A stretch of DNA of 58,521 nucleotides, counting the filler, from Bipalium vagum (lineage: Eukaryota): NCBI GenBank assembly GCA_037834085.1. It is 3 parts of 3 records of this genome, joined end to end, with 100 filler letters (N's around TTAATTAATTAA, not from the genome) between each part and the next. Parts side by side here need not be neighbours in the genome. Positions count along the whole stretch, not along the records: positions 42,315 to 58,521 come from JBBMKC010122787.1; 2 more parts are not named here. The stretch is one strand, 5' to 3'. The notes beneath the pieces were generated by a model that did no database searches, had not been told where the DNA came from, and saw only the letters and a list, made by a program, of their open reading frames with translations. The position numbers and the translations under genes are program-made. Shown here one piece after another: positions 52,440 through 58,521 of this stretch. Position 1 is the stretch's first letter, and each line of letters starts with the position of its first letter.

Positions 52440-53120
52440 GTTTCTGGTAACTGCGTCGAACTGACGCAAATCTTATTCATCAAAAATTTTTCTTTTTTTA
52501 ATACCCATCTGATATCCAGACAAGAAATCATAAATTTCTTTTTCATGGAAATTAGAATTTCTGGAGTCAGAAAACTGAGCATATACATTTTGAATGTCAC
52601 CTTGGTTCCGAAACATCTTATTTATTCAGTAATATATCAATATCTGATGTAATATCCAATATTTACTTTTCCCATGATTAATAGAAAAGATCAATTTAAT
52701 AATAGAAATAAATCATCTGTAGTAACAATATGACGCCAAAAGCGATCATTTGTGGGATTTCTACATATTTCCAAGAGTCTTTGAGTCTGACAGTTCAGAT
52801 AACTCATGCGATCTAATCTGTGTTTCTTTTAGGCGTATCCAAGTTTTCACAGGTGTCGATTAGTGGTGTCTTTCAATAGTTCATTTATCGAATATAAAAC
52901 GGGTATTGAGGCATGTGGGCGAAAAATTAATGCTTCGTGTAGCACCTCTTCGTTACCCTTCAATTACACCGATTCTATTAAAGGTAACTTAGAATTTTTA
53001 CTTTTATTTTTAAAAAGTTTATTTAATTCAGTAGTTTCAAATTCAAGTCCTCCAACCATATATTATGTTAAGTCTTTGTATTTTCTGAGATGATCAATTA
53101 CAATTTGATTTGCATTCATT
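52440..53120 (-). mobile_element. Decayed mariner-like transposase (N-terminal to mid region)
   Basis: NRHL*KLGY…DRFWRHIVTTDD resembles HLxxLG…FLxRIVTGDE, followed by a KMYMLSF (KVMLSVFW-like) segment; many stops. Confidence 0.55.
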
Positions 53121-53349
53121 TTTTAAAATTTTAAAAATAAATAAAAAATAAAAATGTTCATTCATAATGGTATTTTGGTTTCATAACGCATTTCATTACT
53201 TTAGAAAAATAATTAGCTTACAAATATCTTTGTCTCCCAGTGGGAAAATTATCCTTTTCAAATAGTCTTCATTTTTCAATTCTATTTCTCTTTCGATTCT
53301 AATTCGTACTTAATTTGTGACTCAAGCAACTCCAAAAGTTCATTAAATT

Positions 53350-53740
53350 TATCCTGAAGCGGTTAAGAGGAAATATAGATTCAAAAGTTTATCATAACTT
53401 ACTTGACAATGACATTGACCATATTTGTAAGTGCTTGGTATTCCCTCTCGAGCATTTCATTTTTAAACATGATAATGCTCTTTCCCATTGATCACTGTCA
53501 ACACTTTCATTTCTGAATGAACGAAACATAAAATTTTCAATGGCTTTGCAAATTCTACTGATGCTAATCCTATTGAGAATTTATGGCATTTAATTAAAAG
53601 CAAAATTAATACCCAGTTTCTCAAGATATTGAGAAAATTTTGTGTTATTTATAAAAAAAGAAATATGAGTAAAAAATTCAACAACAGAAAATAAAGTTCA
53701 GAGCTAAAGAAAATAGAAAGCAACAGAGGATTTTAACCGA
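53350..53740 (+). mobile_element. Tc1-like (DD34E) transposase C-terminal remnant
   Basis: FIFKHDNALSH and ANSTDANPIENLWHLIKSKI correspond to FQQDNAPCH and SPDLNPIENLW. Confidence 0.75.
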
Positions 53741-55360
53741 AATAATTTAGAATCATTTTTAAAATTTTAATTTTAATCTTATTTTTGTGTTAATATGATA
53801 ATAATAATAATGATAATTTTAATAAAGTTATAACGAAAGGAAAAATGGTAAATTATAATTACCACTTTTACATATTAAAGATTAAGTATTTATTGTTATT
53901 GATGATTTTATTTTAGAGGAAACATAATCCATTTAATTATTCAGCTCGGACAAACACGTTTTGATGGAGCTGAATAATTAAAGCTCTGGATCGTCATTAT
54001 GATAATTGAAAATAGGAGATAGAAAGCTTGTGGACATAGCATTGAGAGCAGCCGCAGAGTAAATTATTCAGCTCAGGCAACTAAGAAGGGAAAGAAAAGG
54101 GAAGATTATTGTGATTAGTGATTGGCCGATGGAAAAAAGCTGGAGAGTATATAAGCACATATCAGATTCTTCACAGTCAGACCAAAATTAGAGTTAAACC
54201 AAGAACAAAAATGAGAACAAAACAAAAACCAAAAGTAAACGATAGAGAAACGATGACGACAAAAAGGCAAACGAATGATTTGATTGAACAATACTGTTGT
54301 TAAGTCATTTTTGTTGTGAATAAATTGATTTCTATTACGATATTCTTTATTCTAATGGTCCATTATTTTGTAATTTAGAGTCAGGGAAATTATTTGAATA
54401 TTAACATAATTCATAAGGAAAGAAGAATTAACTGAATCAAAAGTGGTTGAATTTTTATCAGATTATTTGTGATTTGGCACATTTTTTATTCCTTAGTGAT
54501 ATTTGAATAAATTTGGTCAAATTGTGTTCATATTTGGTTTTCTTTATTTTAGTCCGCATGGCGAATGGACGAGAAAAATCCTTCTGATCAGAGAGCAATA
54601 ATAGATAGTTTAAGTACCACGAATTTAAAAAAATTGGTTAATATTCTTTGGAATATTAAAAGAAATATAGACTATTATGTTTTGTGTAATTTAGAATTGT
54701 CTTCAAGTTGAATATAATCGTATATTTTGGACTGTATTTGCCAATTATATTTTATCTTATTATTATATTATTTATATTATAATTATTATTGTATAGTTAC
54801 GGATTGTCCAAAGCAGTTCTCTATCATATCTCTTCACAACACCATAAAAATTTATTGTCACTTAGTTTCTAAAATATAAGGTTGCAAAAGTAGGATATAG
54901 ATATGTTATAATTTATCTATTTTATTATTACTAAAATTTGTTTTTAAGAACTAAACTTCCAAAAAATCCCACGGAATTATTTTTATATTCTTAAATTCTC
55001 TTTTAAAGTATTATTCTTTTTGTTAGAATTCTCAAGTAAAACTGAAAAAAATTCAATGTTAAAAAATTAAAATTTTTTATGTATTAGTAAAAATTACTGT
55101 AAAATTCAGAACAAATTCAAGTTTTATTTTTAAAAATTTCAGTCATTTAATAATAATATTAATAAAAAATAAATAATAAGTAAAATGATGAAGTAAAAAT
55201 CATTACATTTAATTAAAAATTTTCATTAAAAATATTTTTTAATATAAAATAATTTGTTTAAATATTACCTCAAAAGCCGCGCTCAAAAAATAACTAATCA
55301 ATCGAAAATCATTACTAAAACCAATCATCAATATGCAAGTAATATATTTAAATAACGGGT

Positions 55361-56458
55361 ATGAGTATATATTGTAAAATTGTCGCTCTTGATCTTTACA
55401 ATGAGAACAGAACTGGTATGGAAGTTGGGAATTACTTTGATGAACTATGTGAAGAATACGGAGCAAATTTCGATAAAAAAAGCGAATCTTCGGATGACAG
55501 CTTTGATGAAAATGACAAAACCGATAAATCTTTTGATATTGTCGAATTTGTAATAATATTTATATTATTATTTCCTTAATTTCCAAATAATTTCTTAAAC
55601 AGATGAAAACTGATCCAATATTGTCCAAGAGAAAAGCAAAAAAATTAAAACAAGTAAATAATATCAGATTTATTTATCCTCTATCAAATAATTTAAAATA
55701 GGAAAACAATCTGAAAACTTTGAAAAAATGGTTCAATCTCCCCAGACAAGAAATAACCGAAGATGTTGCAGTGTTTTCAACTAGACACGCATGGAATACT
55801 AAACAGTTCTACAAAGGAGATGATAGATCGAAACAGACCGAATACTTTCAGGTGACAATTTCGTATTCATGTCAAGCAATGATGATAACGTTTTTCTATC
55901 CCTTCAGAGAGGAGAAATCGCCAACTCGCTCTTCAATCCGTCCACAAACGTTTCCAGACAAACCAAGAACGGTGATATTCTTGATAACTTGCTACAGAGT
56001 GATGCTCTTAAGAGGTAACCTTCTTGATTCCTTGCATTTAATAACCCTTTTCTCCATCTATTTTCCCAGATTTACGTTAATTTATTACTTTTAGATCAGA
56101 AAACCTTTAATTTCGTTATTGTATAAATATTAATTTTTTTATTTAAATCAGTTTAATGATTAATTAATCAATTTAATATGAATGTATATTTATTTCGATG
56201 AGAATTTTTATGTTGTCAAGAGTTCAGTAGTTTCTTGTTGAAAAATCATTATCCCAACAGTTTGGTAAATTAATGGTCTCAATTGATTTTGATAGGAATC
56301 TGAAAAAGACCGAGAAGGCGAGAAGTTTCAGAGAAAAGCAGAAGGTGCTGGCCAAAAAGGGAATCGAGAAGAGCAGGTTCCGAAAGAAAGAGCAGGCTGC
56401 ACAAAAGTCGTCCAGCGCCAAATCATTCGGAAAAAAGAAGAACAAATCCAAAAAATAA
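55361..56458 (+). CDS. Fcf2 pre-rRNA processing domain protein (DNTTIP2/FCF2-like)
   Basis: Five phase-consistent exons: 55361-55549, 55603-55653, 55702-55851, 55908-56014, 56296-56458. KWFNLPRQEITED…KQFYKGDDR…EYFQ|RGEI…ILDNLL parallels the Fcf2 motif WF.M…KRFYKK.DR…YFQ.G.I…IVEELL; Lys-rich tail. The start could instead be ATG 55418. Confidence 0.8.
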
Positions 56459-56959
56459 ATCATTTTTGTTTTCGTCTTTATAGTTGATAATTTATTTTGT
56501 AAAAATGATTTCCCAAAAAAAATATTCAATGTAATACTTTCTTGGATTCAGTGAATCTTTGGGTCAGTTAATGTAAATCACCACTTGAAACAAGGTAAAA
56601 CTATGGTCCTTAAAGCATGCTTTCCTGACGGTTAATTTAGTTTTTGATAAATTGTAAAAAATAATAGCCTAAATTTTAAAATGTTGAAAATGCTAATGTA
56701 AATTAATCACAAAACTTACCATGGTATATTATCTCCTCTAATCAGAAAACGGGGGAAAACACGTCTTTGATCATTTATAATTCCAATATAATTTTCATAT
56801 TTGGTTAAAATAATAAAAAAAGTGAGAAAAATAGATTGGCGAAAAGAACAATTAGTTTTTGCCACAATAAATTTATTATTCAGAGAAGTCATAAAGCATG
56901 TGCTTGAAATGGCTTGGTCGACAATAATGCATAATGAAAAATAAAGCTCTTTTTGATCA

Positions 56960-57900
56960 AAACAGCCTTCAAAAGCACCTCAAAATAATCACCAGGCGCG
57001 GACGGGGTAATGTATGATGATTGGAAAATCATCGATCCCGATTATATATTCCTTAGGGAACTCTTTAATTATGTATCCCGCTTTCGCAAAATTCCCGATC
57101 AGTGGAAGTCCTTCAGGACCAAACTGATCCTTAAACTGGGGAAAGATTCGGAATCCCACTTGGTATCCTCTTGGCGGCCTATAGCTATTATGGACACATC
57201 GTATAGAATATATACGATAATCCTTAATAAGCGATTAATGGGATGGCTCTAAGTAGGAAAATTGCTAAGTCGGCATCAAAAAGCATTACTATCAAACAAT
57301 GGATGCGCCGAACACAATGGTACGCTCACAGCAATAACTGAGCACTCCAAAGTCCAAAGAAAACCGGTGTATGTGTGCTGGACGGACATTGCGGATGTCT
57401 TTGGCTCCATGCCTCATGAATTGCTAGGCTTATCTTGTCCAAAAGTGGATTAAAAAATGAATCGATCGAACTAATCAAATCATAATATAGAGAGGTGACG
57501 ATAGTCTATCAGTGTGGTTCAACCACTACTGATGGTATCCCTGTCCTGAAAGGGGTTAATAAGGGATGCCCTTTATCTATGTCCATCTTTTGCCTTAGCA
57601 TTAACTTTATTCTAGACATGTGCTCTAAACGAGCGAATCAACTGGAGATTTTCGACCAAAAAATCCCAGGATTGGCATATGCTGATGATCTTGTGTTCTT
57701 TGCTAGATCAACCAATGAACTCCAATTAATATTGGACGAGGTGAGCAATGCCTTGAATAAAGTGCATATTAAATTCCGGCCACAGAAATGTGGATATTTT
57801 AACACAGATCCCAATCCTGGAACTGGAATGAAAATATATGGGGAGCCAGTTCCAATATTGGATGACTCCAACCAAGAATGATAACGTACTCCGTCGACTT
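56960..57900 (+). mobile_element. Non-LTR retrotransposon reverse transcriptase fragment (R2/NeSL/Utopia-like), pseudogenised
   Basis: SPGADG, SSWRPIAI, HQKA…GCAEH, WTDIADVFGSMPH, GVNKGCPLS and YADD motifs in order across three ORF pieces separated by stops or a frameshift. Confidence 0.9.
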
Positions 57901-58471
57901 GGCTTCAAGGAGATGGACATTCATAAATTATCAACCGATATGATTGCGCCTGTTATCGCGCAATCATATCATATCTACCTACTACATGTAGGATGAGGCG
58001 GATAACGTGACTATTTAATAATATAACTAATTAATAATCGTTATTGTACAACTTATTCATATTTACCGCTTTATAAAATATTAATTAATGCTCAAATCTC
58101 TTATTCAACATGGTGTAAACAAGACTCTTAATTTTGTAATTGTATTTTTTTTGTAATTTTAAATCTATAATTGTATTTCTTTGGTAACTCAATGGGCAAC
58201 TTTCATGTAAAATTTATATCTTTATAATGTAATTTTAATTGGGTTTAAATATTGCTTTTTACTCAAGAATAACTTATCTTTCATAACATAAAATGAAATA
58301 AACCATAATAATGTACATATAAATACATTATTATTATCTTATTAATCTAATTACCTTAAAAATTGCTTTTAATCTATTAATAACTAATCTCAATATACTA
58401 AATAACTTCATAAAAATAACTTAAAAAAAACAATACTAATTCTATTCTTTCATTAGTTATTAGTTTAATAA

Positions 58472-58521
58472 AAAATGAAAAAAGTTTAATTCAAAATGAA
58501 AAAAGTTTAATTCAAAATGAA
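58472..58521. repeat. 21-bp tandem repeat (AAAATGAAAAAAGTTTAATTC), running off the window end
   Basis: Two full identical copies plus a partial third. Confidence 0.85.

Noticed and set aside
1-58521. CRISPR arrays, tRNA/rRNA genes, prokaryotic operons
   Set aside because: No spaced direct-repeat array or recognisable tRNA/rRNA seen by eye; genes are spliceosomal-intron eukaryotic genes.

Overview
AT-rich eukaryotic (metazoan) genomic scaffold with many ~45-60 nt GT-AG introns, two artificial N44-TTAATTAATTAA-N44 contig linkers and one plain N gap. The intron sizes, mariner load and gene set suggest a planarian-like flatworm, but that is inference only. By manual splicing I can reconstruct six genes: an Ig-superfamily cell-surface gene (5' part), DPAGT1 (7 exons, 415 aa), an ARID1/Osa BAF subunit (10 coding exons, ~2117 aa), PUS1 (2 exons), a CEP85-like coiled-coil gene and an Fcf2/DNTTIP2-like gene. 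Two intronless secretory-pathway ORFs are also present. Intergenic and intronic DNA holds decayed mariner, Tc1/IS630, Merlin, Gypsy, Penelope-like and R2/NeSL-type elements, plus a clean Tc2-like MITE. Most interesting: (1) a COX14-like small membrane ORF abutting or overlapping the PUS1 start codon, a candidate bicistronic locus; (2) decayed tandem partial copies of PUS1 and DPAGT1 bracketing ARID1; (3) two cryptic cysteine-rich spliced genes missed by the ORF track, one with an in-frame TGA in a UxxC-like context. All family assignments come from remembered motifs; no database search was run.
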